From: an archaeon
GTDB taxonomy: Archaea; Iainarchaeota; Iainarchaeia; Iainarchaeales; Iainarchaeaceae
Reading direction: 5' to 3'
Length of the DNA stretch: 32,059 nt
Assembly (NCBI GenBank): GCA_038046625.1
Contig: JBBSVV010000051.1
Location: 6,520-38,578, forward strand
How positions within the stretch are numbered: position 1 is the stretch's first letter; every line of letters begins with the position of its first letter. This document shows, one piece after another, positions 1 through 9,699 of this stretch. A program made the translations under genes and the position numbers. The notes beneath the pieces were generated by a model. The model made no database searches. It was given only the letters and a program-made list of their open reading frames with translations, and had not been told where the DNA came from.

Positions 1-26
1 TTGACACGCGGCTTCAATCAACGTGT

Positions 27-1277
27 TTAAGTCCCTTCTTTCCAGCTGTTCAAGTAGCGCTCCTGCTCTTTCGTGAGCGCGCCGATTTTCACGCCCATGG
101 CCTTCAATTGGAGGCGCGCAATCCTCTCATCAATGTGTTCAGGAAGAGTGTAAATTCCCGGCTCAAGCTTGTGCTTCAGGCCATATTCAAGCGCAAGCGC
201 CTGCCCGCAGAAACTCAGTGACATTACAGTGCTCGGATGCCCTTCCGCAGCACCCAAATTAACCAGCCTTCCTTCCGCGCACAAATAAATCTTTTTCTTG
301 CCGCGCCTCAAAGTGTACTCGTCAAGCTGCCACCTCAGCCTCCTTTTCGAGTAGGACATTTGCTCAAGGCCCTTCACATCAATCTCGACATCAAAGTGCC
401 CCGAGTTGGCGAGGATTGCGCCGTCCTTCATGCTCCTGAAAGCGCTCTTGGGAATGGCATGCTTGTTGCCCGTAACCGTAATGAAAATGTCGCCAAGAGG
501 AAGCGCGTGCTCGAGCGGCATTACTATGAAGCCATCCATCTTGGCCTGCAAGGCCGCAATAGGATTAACCTCAACAACAATGACATTGCTGCCCATTCCC
601 TTTGCGCGCATGGCAACGCCCTTTCCGCAGGAGCCATAGCCAACAACAACGACTGTTTTTCCAGCAAACAAAATATTCGTTGCCCTCAAAATGCCGTCGA
701 TTGTGCTCTGGCCCGTCCCGTAATAATTGTCGAACAAGTGCTTTGTCTTGTTGTCATTCACCGCAATCACGGGATACTTCAATGCGCCTTCCTTCGCCAT
801 TGCGCGCGCCCTTATTACGCCTGTTGTCGTTTCCTCCGTGCCGACCTTAATATCTTTCAGCAAATCTGTCCTCTTCGTGTGCAATTCCGTAACCAAATCG
901 AGGCCGTCATCAATCGTTGCCGTTGGATTGAAATCAAGCACCCTGTTCAGGTACTCATAATACTCTTCTTTCGTCTCGCCTTTTTTCGCGTAAACATGAA
1001 CACCTTCCTCCGCAAGCGCGGCAGCAACATCATCCTGCGTGCTCAAAGGATTGCAGCCGGTGATTGCTACCTTTGCGCCGCCCGCAATCAAAGTGCGCAC
1101 GAGAATTCCGGTTTCTTTTGTGACGTGCAACGCCATTCCGACGCGCTCGCCCTTGAATGGCTTTTCTTTCGCAAAGTGCTTCCTCACTTCGAGCAGCGCG
1201 CCCATTTCCTTTTCAGCCCACTCGAGCTGCATTTTTCCCTCGCGCGCAAGCTTTATGTCCTTGACCTTGTAATCCAT
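27..1277 (-). CDS. ahcY: S-adenosylhomocysteine hydrolase (adenosylhomocysteinase)
   Basis: Motifs LHVTKET, GCNPLSTQDD, EETTTG, KHLFDNYYGTGQS, GYGSCGKG (NAD binding), GRLVNLGAAEGHP. ATG at 1277 preferred over TTG at 1283. Confidence 0.97.
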   Translation of the reverse strand: MDYKVKDIKLAREGKMQLEWAEKEMGALLEVRKHFAKEKPFKGERVGMALHVTKETGILVRTLIAGGAKVAITGCNPLSTQDDVAAALAEEGVHVYAKKGETKEEYYEYLNRVLDFNPTATIDDGLDLVTELHTKRTDLLKDIKVGTEETTTGVIRARAMAKEGALKYPVIAVNDNKTKHLFDNYYGTGQSTIDGILRATNILFAGKTVVVVGYGSCGKGVAMRAKGMGSNVIVVEVNPIAALQAKMDGFIVMPLEHALPLGDIFITVTGNKHAIPKSAFRSMKDGAILANSGHFDVEIDVKGLEQMSYSKRRLRWQLDEYTLRRGKKKIYLCAEGRLVNLGAAEGHPSTVMSLSFCGQALALEYGLKHKLEPGIYTLPEHIDERIARLQLKAMGVKIGALTKEQERYLNSWKEGT

Positions 1278-1344
1278 AAACAAACAGTAAGAATTGGTTC
1301 CGCAATGCTTTATAAAGGTTTTAGGGCAAACCCCGAAACAAGCC

Positions 1345-2253
1345 TCAGAATTTCACGAAACCCCTGAATTCCTCAAAACGGGTTTCGACATCCTTCATTG
1401 AAAGCGACGAAAGCCTCTTCACGGAAAAATCCTCTGCATTAAAGGACGCAACCGAAGAAGCGTAAACAATTCCTTTCCGCATGTTCTTTTCCGTGAAATC
1501 TCGGGTGCGCGCAAGATAGCCAATGAGTGCGCCGCCGAAAGAATCCCCGGAACCGGTGGGGTCAATTACCTTTTCAAGCGGATAACCCGGGCACGCGAAA
1601 TGCTTTTTATCCGTGAACATCACACAGCCATGCTCGCCCTTCTTTATTATCGCAACCTTCGAATCAAGCGAAAGAATTTCACGGCCAGCGCGTACAATGC
1701 TCGGCGTCCTGAACAATTGCCTAGCCTCCGCATCATTCATCAGCGCAATGTCAACCTCTTTTACAACCTGCAGAACCTTCTCGCGCTTTCTTTCAATCCA
1801 CAAATTCATTGTGTCCGCAATAACCATTTTCGGCCTCTTCTTCATCTGTGCGAGAACATTCAGCTGGATTTCAGGGTCAAGGTTCCCCAAAAAAAGGAAA
1901 TCCGCTTTCCTGTATTCTTCCGGAAGCTTCGGGGAAAAAGTTTCAAGGGCATTCAAATCGGTTCGCAGGGTTTTCGCGACATTCAAGTCAAGGCCGTACT
2001 CGCCGCTCCAGTGGAAACTCTTTCTTGCCTTGTCCCTCTGCAGGCCCTTCAAATCAATTTTTTTCGACGCAAGGAAATCAATGTGCTTCTCCGGAAAATC
2101 GTTTCCAATGACGGCAACCAAACCAACTTTGGAAAAAAGCGAGCACGCAAGCGAAGCAAATGTGGCGGAACCGCCCAAAGCATTTTTCACTTCGCCGAAC
2201 GGCGTTTTCACGTCATCCAAAGCGACTGTTCCAACAACGACAACATCAACCAC
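1345..2253 (-). CDS. PfkB/ribokinase-family kinase, possibly adenosine/nucleoside kinase
   Basis: N-terminal GGSA motif and C-terminal DPTGSGDSFGG PfkB signature; lies between adk and ahcY. Substrate is inferred from context only. Confidence 0.9.
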   Translation of the reverse strand: MVDVVVVGTVALDDVKTPFGEVKNALGGSATFASLACSLFSKVGLVAVIGNDFPEKHIDFLASKKIDLKGLQRDKARKSFHWSGEYGLDLNVAKTLRTDLNALETFSPKLPEEYRKADFLFLGNLDPEIQLNVLAQMKKRPKMVIADTMNLWIERKREKVLQVVKEVDIALMNDAEARQLFRTPSIVRAGREILSLDSKVAIIKKGEHGCVMFTDKKHFACPGYPLEKVIDPTGSGDSFGGALIGYLARTRDFTEKNMRKGIVYASSVASFNAEDFSVKRLSSLSMKDVETRFEEFRGFVKF

Positions 2254-2259
2254 TGCGCA

Positions 2260-2907
2260 TCACCCATCAAATTTTTTGAGGACGGTTTCCACTTCCTCGA
2301 AAATCTCCTGCAGCGGCCTGTTGCCGTCCACATGGATAAGAAGGCCCTTTCCCCCGTAAAAAAAAATAAGCGGCAAGGTGAGCTCATTGTAGAGGCGGAG
2401 CCTTTTCTTTATTATTGAGGGCTTGTCATCCTTGCGCTGCATTGTTTTGGCGCCACAGTCATCGCAAACGCCCTTCTTTTTTGACGGAACATCGAGGCCG
2501 TAAATGCGTTTGCATTTCACGCACTGCCTCCTCGCGGAGAGGCGCTTCACAATCACGTCCTCCGAAGAATCAATGTTCAGGACAGCGTCAAGCGAAACAT
2601 CAAGCTCATGAAGCAGCCAATCCAGTATCTTAGCCTGGTTCAGGTTGCGCGGAAACCCGTCAAGGATAAAGTTTTTTGCCTTTGCCTGCGACAGCTTCTT
2701 GCGCAAAACCTGCACCACAACCGAATCGTCAACAAGGGCGCCTTTATTCAGGATGGGCTCAACGCTCTTCCCAATTTCTGTTTTTTTCGCTACCTCGTCG
2801 CGCAGCAAATCGCCTGTTGAAACGTGCTCGGCCTCAAACTTGGCCTCGATGAACTCCGAAATCGTGCCCTTCCCGGTTCCGGGCGGGCCAAGGAGAATCA
2901 AATGCAT
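2260..2907 (-). CDS. adk: Adenylate kinase, bacterial-type with Cys4 zinc lid
   Basis: LLGPPGTGKGT P-loop, STGDLLR, LDGFPRN, lid CVKC...CDDC, QRKDD. Start moved to ATG 2907 (MHLILLG); the ORF-track N-terminal extension looks non-coding. Confidence 0.95.
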   Translation of the reverse strand: MHLILLGPPGTGKGTISEFIEAKFEAEHVSTGDLLRDEVAKKTEIGKSVEPILNKGALVDDSVVVQVLRKKLSQAKAKNFILDGFPRNLNQAKILDWLLHELDVSLDAVLNIDSSEDVIVKRLSARRQCVKCKRIYGLDVPSKKKGVCDDCGAKTMQRKDDKPSIIKKRLRLYNELTLPLIFFYGGKGLLIHVDGNRPLQEIFEEVETVLKKFDG

Positions 2908-3032
2908 AAGCGGATCAGACAAAAACAAGCGGAAAACGCTTATTAATGCAATTGTCGTATAGGCACAAAACAACCGGAGAAAGTGCATTTGTATGGCCTG
3001 AATAAATAAAAGAAATTGGCTGAAAGGAGAAT

Positions 3033-4097
3033 TCACTGCGGGGCTTTTACCTCAAAATCAACCACAACCTGAATCGTGTCAGGAGAGTACTCGCGCACCT
3101 TCCTTTTCACAAGAACCCTGAATTTTCTGCCAAGTTTTTTGCACGCTTCCGCAATCTGCTGCAAAGGGGCCTCGAAAGGATTCTCGCGCGAAACAAACTG
3201 GTAATAATGCACAACTCCGCCGGAAGGCCTGATGTACTTTATCGCGTCCGCAAGGAAATCCTCTCCGCCTTTTGGCAAAGGCATTACCGCGCGGTCGCAA
3301 GTTCCCGCATATTTTTCCGCAAGGGCCTTCACATCCCCCGAAACAGGCTCGACCCTGCCGGCAACCTTGTTCAGGGCAATGTTCTGCCTCATGTCCTCAA
3401 CCGCGGCGGGATTCAATTCAATTGCAACCGCCTTTTCCATTTTCGAGTTCTTCGCAAAAACAATGGGAAAAGGCCCGACACCTGCAAACAGCGCGGCAAT
3501 AACCTCGCCTTTTTTTATCAAAGCTGAAATCCTTTTGCGTTCCGTTGAAAGCCGCGGCGAGAAAAAAACTTTCCCGATTGAAATCCTGAAGGTGCAGCCG
3601 TGTTCTTTGTAAGTCGCGAACCTCTTTTTTTTGCCCACAATCAGCTTAACCGGCTCAACGCGAAAAATCCCTTCATGCGCCCCGGTTTTCATGTAAACGG
3701 ATTCAATTGATTTGTTGGTTTCCATGAGCGCTTTGCCGATGATTTTTTCCTTTCCTTTAAGTTCCTCGGGAACCTCAATTATTGCGGCATCCCCAAGCGA
3801 ATCAAATGAGGACTGCACAAAGGAAAGCAGCTTTTCCGAAAGCTTTCCCGCAAGCGCATCCTTGAGGCTGCGCGGCTTCAGCGCGTTTTCACTGAACTTT
3901 GCACTGCACTTTTCCGCGCTCTTGGAAACGGTTTTCATTTCAGCGAGCAGTTCTTTCGTGATTTTTTTCACGGGAAAAAAAACTTTTGAGCCGATTTTTT
4001 TGGGCTTCAGGCTGGCCTCAAACAAAGAATTCGCAACCAGGAACCCGTGAAGCTTTTGTGCCTCACGCGCCTCAACCGAAACCGCTGGACTTGGCAT
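3033..4097 (-). CDS. trm5: Trm5/Met-10-like (TYW2-related) tRNA methyltransferase
   Basis: FDSLGDAAII, YKEHGC, VFFSPRLSTER, LFAGVGPF, IELNPAA, DRAVMPLP. Trm5 versus Taw2 cannot be resolved by eye. Confidence 0.85.
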   Translation of the reverse strand: MPSPAVSVEAREAQKLHGFLVANSLFEASLKPKKIGSKVFFPVKKITKELLAEMKTVSKSAEKCSAKFSENALKPRSLKDALAGKLSEKLLSFVQSSFDSLGDAAIIEVPEELKGKEKIIGKALMETNKSIESVYMKTGAHEGIFRVEPVKLIVGKKKRFATYKEHGCTFRISIGKVFFSPRLSTERKRISALIKKGEVIAALFAGVGPFPIVFAKNSKMEKAVAIELNPAAVEDMRQNIALNKVAGRVEPVSGDVKALAEKYAGTCDRAVMPLPKGGEDFLADAIKYIRPSGGVVHYYQFVSRENPFEAPLQQIAEACKKLGRKFRVLVKRKVREYSPDTIQVVVDFEVKAPQ

Positions 4098-4131
4098 AAG
4101 TTATTAATCTTTTATAATTACTTATAAATGA

Positions 4132-4962
4132 ATGGCTCAGGACCTGATTTTCGAGTACTTTTGCAGGCCAATGATTGACCCTTCCGTGCAGGGGTATAAT
4201 TTCGTCAACACGAGCGTTTATGCGGCAATACTTTTTCTGGCGGCAATTTTTGTCGTGTGGCCGTTCCTGAAAAGCAACAAAATAAAGCCCGATTTCAAAT
4301 TCATGCTTTCTCTCCTGCCTTACGTGGTTTTCGGCTCCGCATTGAGGGTTCTGAATGACCAAGGAATTCTGCACAAAACCTGCAATCCGCTGGACCTGAA
4401 CTTCCTGAGTTTCACGCCCGGAATATGGATACTCACCGCCGCAATAGCCATGCTTGGAATCCTTGTTGCAAAAAAATTCGCGAAAGAAAACGAATTCGGA
4501 AAGTGGTTCGCGGGATTCGGGCTGCTCTTCGCGGTTCCGGTTGTCATGTTTAATGTAACCATGTTCGTTGTCTGGGATGGCTTCCTCATTACTCTTGGAG
4601 CGGCAATTGCGGCAACATTCATCGTGAAAAAGCTTGTTGAATTAAAATACAAAGAATTCTTTTCCGACAAACTCAACGTGCTGGTTCTTGGAGGGCAGAT
4701 TCTTGACGGCTTTGCAACCGTGACCGCAACCGCATTTTATAATTGCGGCGAACAGCACCCCATAAGCGAAATCATCCTCGGCGCGAACCCTTTCCTTTTC
4801 CCCTTGGTTAAAATCGGCATCGCGCTCCTCCTCATTTATTTCGTTGATTCTGACATAAAGGACAGGAATTTCGCGGGATTCATCAAAATAGCTGTTGTAA
4901 TACTCGGCATTGCTACCGGAACAAGGGACCTGATTACGCTTGCCGCGGGAACCTGCCTGTAA
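4132..4962 (+). CDS. DUF63-family archaeal multi-pass membrane protein
   Basis: GYNFVNTSVYA, PYVVFGSALRV, LDGFAT, EQHP and GIATGTRD motifs; about 8 hydrophobic segments. Confidence 0.8.
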   Translation: MAQDLIFEYFCRPMIDPSVQGYNFVNTSVYAAILFLAAIFVVWPFLKSNKIKPDFKFMLSLLPYVVFGSALRVLNDQGILHKTCNPLDLNFLSFTPGIWILTAAIAMLGILVAKKFAKENEFGKWFAGFGLLFAVPVVMFNVTMFVVWDGFLITLGAAIAATFIVKKLVELKYKEFFSDKLNVLVLGGQILDGFATVTATAFYNCGEQHPISEIILGANPFLFPLVKIGIALLLIYFVDSDIKDRNFAGFIKIAVVILGIATGTRDLITLAAGTCL

Positions 4963-5062
4963 AATTCCGAATCCTAATCAATGCGCCGAGGAAAAACGGC
5001 CTGAACCAATGCAGCCCTCAAAGCCCCGTTATAAAAACCTTTTTTCTTCACAATAATGCAGT

Positions 5063-5824
5063 ATGCTTTGCCTGATTGGAATAGGATTAACGCCCAAGCA
5101 ACTCACTCTTGAGGCGCTCGAGGAAATAAGGAACTGCGAAAAGGTTTACCTTGAAAACTACACTTCAAAATACTCATCAGGAAAACGCGATGAGTTCGAG
5201 GACATAATCGGAAAGGCAGTTACGGAAGTCGGCAGGAAAATAATCGAGGAGGGCTTTTCGGAAATACTCGAGGAGGCGCGCGAAAAAAACATTGCGTTGC
5301 TTGTCTTCGGCAGCCCGCTCAACGCAACAACGCACGTGCAATTGCTTCTGGATGCGAAGCAAAAGCAAGTGCCTGTGAAAGCCATTCCCGGAATAAGCAT
5401 TTTTGAAATGGTTTCATTCTGCGGCCTTGACCGCTACAAATTCGGAAGGACAACCACGCTTGTTTTCCACGAGCCGGATTACGAACCCGAGAGCTTTTAT
5501 GACGCAATCCTTGAAAACAAGAAAATTGGTTTGCACACGCTGTGCCTTCTTGACATCAAAAAGGATGAAGAAAAAATGATGGGCATCGGCCACGCGGTTT
5601 CGCTGCTTGAAATGATTGAGAACAAGCGCGAAAAGGCGGTTATTTCCGAAAGCGTTGTCGTGGGCCTCGCCGGAATGGGTTCGGATGCGCAGCAGCTTAA
5701 AGCAGGGACAACGGAACAGGCCAAGGGCTTCAGGTTCACTTCATACCCGCAATCGCTCATAATCTGCGGAAAGCTCAACGAAAAGGAAATAGAAGCGCTG
5801 ACCCTATTGGCGGGGCTGGAATGA
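5063..5824 (+). CDS. dph5: Diphthine synthase
   Basis: LIGIGL, YLENYTS, GSPLNATTH, YKFGRTTT, GLHTLCLLDI motifs. Confidence 0.95.
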   Translation: MLCLIGIGLTPKQLTLEALEEIRNCEKVYLENYTSKYSSGKRDEFEDIIGKAVTEVGRKIIEEGFSEILEEAREKNIALLVFGSPLNATTHVQLLLDAKQKQVPVKAIPGISIFEMVSFCGLDRYKFGRTTTLVFHEPDYEPESFYDAILENKKIGLHTLCLLDIKKDEEKMMGIGHAVSLLEMIENKREKAVISESVVVGLAGMGSDAQQLKAGTTEQAKGFRFTSYPQSLIICGKLNEKEIEALTLLAGLE

Positions 5825-6111
5825 AGGAAGAAACACTCAAGGAAAAGCTCGGGAAATACCGCGAACTGACCGGAAAAGCGCTTGAAAAGGCCGGGCTCAC
5901 TTCAAAGAAAGGCACCAAGGAAAACGAAATGGGGAAAAAGCTCCTCGAAATGGCCGAATCGTATTATAGTGACGCACAGTTCTTCGAAAAAAGCGGGATG
6001 CCGCTCACAGCCTTGGCCGCATACAGTTACGCGCACGCGTGGATTGATGCGGGAGTCAGGTTGGGCATTCTTGATGGGAGGGGCGATGACAGGCTCTTCG
6101 TTCTCCCGTGA
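5821..6111 (+). CDS. DUF357-family protein
   Basis: MAESYYSDA..F...ALAAYSYAHAWIDAGVRLG motif; ATGA overlap with dph5, a common archaeal neighbour. Confidence 0.88.
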   Translation: MKEETLKEKLGKYRELTGKALEKAGLTSKKGTKENEMGKKLLEMAESYYSDAQFFEKSGMPLTALAAYSYAHAWIDAGVRLGILDGRGDDRLFVLP

Positions 6112-6165
6112 AGCCGGCACAAAAATTAAATACACGAAAAACAATGTTTTAGAGAGGCGCTGAAA

Positions 6166-6633
6166 ATGGGTTTGTACGATTCAGGAATTTACGCAAAATT
6201 CGGCGAGGAAAAGAAGAAAATTGCCATGGGGGTGCTGGCGGCAGTCGTGATTGCGGTTGCAATATGGAGCATTCTCGTGCTCGCGCCAATCAGTTTCGAT
6301 GACCACCCTATAAAGTACAGGTTCGAAAAAAACCCGATAAGGCCGGGCGAACAGGCAAAGGTAACAATAACGATTTCCAACAACGGCAAAATGGATGCGC
6401 AGAACGTAAAGCTTTTCCTCCAGCCGAAAGAAAAAACAGAATTCGACATTTTTCCCGTGAATGAAAAATTCCGGGACACTATTCCGCTGATTTCCGCGGG
6501 CACTTCAAGGGAAGTCACGTTCCTGATAAATCCTGTCGGCGAGGTCCTTCCCGGAACCTATACGCTTGTTGCAACCGCGCAGATGAACGGCAAAATATTC
6601 ACTGAAAGCGCCACACTCACTGTTTCAGGATAA
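6166..6633 (+). CDS. Membrane-anchored Ig-like/CARDB-like protein
   Basis: N-terminal TM helix followed by beta-rich PGEQAKVTITISNNG...PGTYTL pattern. Confidence 0.65.
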   Translation: MGLYDSGIYAKFGEEKKKIAMGVLAAVVIAVAIWSILVLAPISFDDHPIKYRFEKNPIRPGEQAKVTITISNNGKMDAQNVKLFLQPKEKTEFDIFPVNEKFRDTIPLISAGTSREVTFLINPVGEVLPGTYTLVATAQMNGKIFTESATLTVSG

Positions 6634-6639
6634 AAAAAA

Positions 6640-6912
6640 TTAGCCGTAGGAAAAATCTTTGAAAGGGCCGCCCGCCTTTGACCATATTGCTTTCACTTCG
6701 TCCACGCGTGAAAGCGCAGGCCCCTTGCGCAGGGCGGCAACTAATTTTTCTAAATTTTCAGAAGAGCCTTCTGCTATTACTTCAACATTTCCATTCGGAA
6801 GATTTTTTGCATGGCCTTTTAGGCCTAAGGAAGTTGCCTGCCTTTGAACAAAATTCCTGAATCCGACGCCCTGAACGCGGCCTTTCACGGTTACCTCGAG
6901 CCTTTCACCCAT
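6640..6912 (-). CDS. acyP: Acylphosphatase
   Basis: VKGRVQGVGFR and KNLPNGNVEVIAEG signatures. Confidence 0.95.
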   Translation of the reverse strand: MGERLEVTVKGRVQGVGFRNFVQRQATSLGLKGHAKNLPNGNVEVIAEGSSENLEKLVAALRKGPALSRVDEVKAIWSKAGGPFKDFSYG

Positions 6913-7333
6913 TATAATCACGGAGAACTAAAATGGCTTCCGCGAAAATGCGCCTGTTATCCCCATGAGTAAGCATTTTCGCGACCGTTTCCTCCTCTAC
7001 CCACTTGAAATCATCATGCTCAACAATTTCCTGCTCAACGCTTACCGGCGCATTCATGTCGGCCCTGAGAATGAACGGAGTGTAAATGTATTTCGTGCCA
7101 TTCGAGGCCCAGGAAAACTTTTTCGGCAGGACAGAAACAATGGAAACTTTATCCAGGGAGGCTTCCTCCTTTATTTCTCGCAAAACCGCCTGCTCGGCAT
7201 CTTCTCCCTTTTCAATGCCGCCCTTCACGAATTCCCAGCCCTTCCAGTTCAAAACCCGGTGAAGAAGTAGAAAATAGCGCTTCCCGCCCTTAACGTCAAA
7301 CAGGATTCCGGTTACGCCATACTTGGTCTTCAT
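6905..7333 (-). CDS. NUDIX hydrolase (Ap4A hydrolase-like)
   Basis: Nudix box WEFVKGGIEKGEDAEQAVLREIKEE and EHDDFKW. Confidence 0.9.
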   Translation of the reverse strand: MKTKYGVTGILFDVKGGKRYFLLLHRVLNWKGWEFVKGGIEKGEDAEQAVLREIKEEASLDKVSIVSVLPKKFSWASNGTKYIYTPFILRADMNAPVSVEQEIVEHDDFKWVEEETVAKMLTHGDNRRIFAEAILVLRDYNG

Positions 7334-7375
7334 AAGCAAGAAAGTGGAATCAAAAAAAAGAAAAAAACGTTTGTT

Positions 7376-8299
7376 TCACTGGCCCGGCTTCTGCTCTGGT
7401 TTTGGCGATGCCATTCCGGATTTCTCAAGCAAAACCTCGTAAGTCAGGTTCGCCTGCCTCTGGATGTGGTCAAACTGTTCCTCGCTCAAATGCTTGAAGC
7501 GCTTCTGGAGCTCCAAGTACTCCCTTACAGGTTTCGGGTTCGCGGGATTAAAGTTGAGCTTGTACTTGCCGTTCTCAACCTCGAACAAAAACCAGAGCCT
7601 CGACTGCACCGCAAGCTTTGCGACCTTAAAAGTGATGCCGCCGTCAAAGCCCGCGCCAAGGCAGCATGGCGCGTCAATGGTTACGAAAGTCGTTCCGTTT
7701 ATTGCCTTGGCTTTCCTGAGCTTCATCTGCAAATCCGCGTAATAAGCGATTGAGGCCGATGCCGCATAAGGAATTCCGTGCGCGGCCGCAATCTCAACAA
7801 TCTGCTTTCTCTCGGTTTCCTTCCCCTTATGCACTTTGCCGACAATGGTGGTTGTGGTTTCGGCACCATAAGGGGTCGCGCCGGACTTTTGGACGCCGGT
7901 GTTTGCATAAAGCTGGTTGTCGTAACAAACATAAAGCACGTTTTCCCCGCGGTCCATCATTCCGCTGAACGAGCCGAACCCAATGTCGTAAGTGGCGCCG
8001 TCCCCGGCTATTACAACGACCTTTGTGTGGTTGTTTCCCTGGGCCCTCAATGCGGCCGCAACGCCGGAGGCAACTGCGGGCGCGTTCTCGAACAACGAAT
8101 GAATGTAAGGGACCCTCCACGCGGTCTGGGGATACTGGCTCGAAGTGATTTCCATGCACCCGGTTGCATTCACAACTATAATGTCCTTTCCAAGAGTGTC
8201 ACAGACCTGTATGAGTGCATTGCTCGGCCCGCAGCCGGGGCAGCCCGAATGTCCGGGCGCATACAAATGCATTTCAGACTGACTGCTCATAAAAACCAT
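7376..8299 (-). CDS. porB: Pyruvate/2-oxoacid:ferredoxin oxidoreductase beta subunit
   Basis: GHSGCPGCG, TPP-binding GDG..YDIG...DN, YANTGVQKSGATP. Confidence 0.95.
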   Translation of the reverse strand: MVFMSSQSEMHLYAPGHSGCPGCGPSNALIQVCDTLGKDIIVVNATGCMEITSSQYPQTAWRVPYIHSLFENAPAVASGVAAALRAQGNNHTKVVVIAGDGATYDIGFGSFSGMMDRGENVLYVCYDNQLYANTGVQKSGATPYGAETTTTIVGKVHKGKETERKQIVEIAAAHGIPYAASASIAYYADLQMKLRKAKAINGTTFVTIDAPCCLGAGFDGGITFKVAKLAVQSRLWFLFEVENGKYKLNFNPANPKPVREYLELQKRFKHLSEEQFDHIQRQANLTYEVLLEKSGMASPKPEQKPGQ

Positions 8300-9451
8300 T
8301 CACCCGTTCATCGCAGCCTTTGGAGGCTCGGTTGCAACCCATTCCTTCACTGGGCCTTTCCTCATTTTCTCGAACATTTTCCTTATGTGTTCCCTCTTCA
8401 AGCCTCTTCCGCCAAGGCCCCCGAAAAAGCTTGAAATCTCGGTCTTTGTTGCGTTCAATGCCTCGAGAACATCAACGTAAACAGGGCTCTGTGCGCCAAT
8501 GCTCAAATCCCTGTCAATGACCGCCACTTTCTTTCCCGCAAGGGCCTTCCTTAGTTCTTCGCGCGGGAACGGCCTGTAAACCCTCAAATGCAAAGCGCCA
8601 ACCTTCTCGCCCTTTTCGCGCAACTCATCAACAACCGCAATCACGTTATCCATTACCGAACCAAGGCCCACAATGACCCTTTCCGCATCCTTTACCCTGT
8701 ACTCGCTGATCAAGCCATAAGAGCGCCCTGAAACCTTTCCCCATTTTTTGCCGGCCTCGACAAGCAATTCTTTTGCCTTCTCCATGTCCTTCATCAGGTC
8801 CTCGCGGAACATCTGGTAATGCGTGGGATTAGCGTAAACCCCGAGGCTCACGGGATTTTCCGGGTCAAGCTTCAACGGATACTTGTAAGGGGGCAAAAAC
8901 TCCTGCACCTTCGCGGAGTCAACGACATCAACCTGCTCAACTGCATGAGTAAGGTAGTGCCCATCAACACAGACCATTACCGGCAAAAGAATTTTTTCCG
9001 CAACATAATACGCCTGTGGCATCGCGTCAACGGCTTCCTGGTTGTTCTTGCAGTAAATCTGGATCCACCCCGTGTCGCGCTGTGAAATGCTGTCCTGCTC
9101 GTCATTCCAAATGTTCAGGGGAGAACTCACGGCGCGGTTTCCCACGAGCATCACAATCGGCAGCCTCATTCCCGCGGCGCTGAAAAGAGGCTCGTGCATG
9201 TACAGCAATCCCTGCCCCCCAGTGGTTGTAAATGTCCTCGAGCCCGCGGCGCTCGCGCCAATCAGCGCGGAAATGGCTGAAAACTCGGCCTCAACAGTAA
9301 TGTACTCGGGAATCAACCCATCCGCATAATACTTGTTCATCTCCTCTGTCAAATGCGTAGTCGGAGTAATCGGATAACAAGCAACCACCTGCGGCTTGCA
9401 GTGCAGAACCATTTCGCCGATGACGCGCGCGCCCTCTTTAGTGCGAATCAT
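8300..9451 (-). CDS. porA: Pyruvate/2-oxoacid:ferredoxin oxidoreductase alpha subunit
   Basis: YPITPTT, EAEFSA, NRAVSSPLNIWND, RVYRPFP, GLGGR. Confidence 0.95.
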   Translation of the reverse strand: MIRTKEGARVIGEMVLHCKPQVVACYPITPTTHLTEEMNKYYADGLIPEYITVEAEFSAISALIGASAAGSRTFTTTGGQGLLYMHEPLFSAAGMRLPIVMLVGNRAVSSPLNIWNDEQDSISQRDTGWIQIYCKNNQEAVDAMPQAYYVAEKILLPVMVCVDGHYLTHAVEQVDVVDSAKVQEFLPPYKYPLKLDPENPVSLGVYANPTHYQMFREDLMKDMEKAKELLVEAGKKWGKVSGRSYGLISEYRVKDAERVIVGLGSVMDNVIAVVDELREKGEKVGALHLRVYRPFPREELRKALAGKKVAVIDRDLSIGAQSPVYVDVLEALNATKTEISSFFGGLGGRGLKREHIRKMFEKMRKGPVKEWVATEPPKAAMNG

Positions 9452-9699
9452 GCCTCATCAATCCTCTGCATTTCAATGCACTTCACGGGGCATTCATTCG
9501 CGCAGATGCTGCAGCCCTTGCAGTACTCGTAATCAATCTCCGGAATTTTTTTAACGACGCCCATTATTCCTTCGGGGCAGAAGTTCTGGCAGATTCCGCA
9601 CTTGATGCATTTCTCTCCCGTGACAACAGGCATGAATGCCTTCCACTCGCCAGTGAGATTTGCTACGCTCGTCCCGGGCTTTGCATGCGGAATAATCAT
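9448..9699 (-). CDS. porD: POR delta subunit (2x[4Fe-4S] ferredoxin-like)
   Basis: TGEWK, CIKCGICQNFCP and YCKGCSICANECP. Confidence 0.95.
   Translation of the reverse strand: MIIPHAKPGTSVANLTGEWKAFMPVVTGEKCIKCGICQNFCPEGIMGVVKKIPEIDYEYCKGCSICANECPVKCIEMQRIDEA

Noticed and set aside
4-26. Small inverted repeat ACACG/CGTGT after ahcY
   Set aside because: Weak stem at the window edge; context missing.
237-1367. Long antisense ORFs (also 1600-2418, 15290-16132, 20101-20817, 21458-22162, 27390-28196)
   Set aside because: Shadows of well-conserved genes on the opposite strand, with no motifs.
2999-3016. AATAAAAGAAAT shared with ~16190-16201
   Set aside because: Low-complexity AT-rich match; reads as a T-rich terminator-like tract on the minus strand.
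2908-3036. N-terminal extensions of adk (likewise porG 10272-10433 and purN 20059-20106)
   Set aside because: Precede the conserved family start and overlap promoter/terminator-like sequence or the upstream gene.
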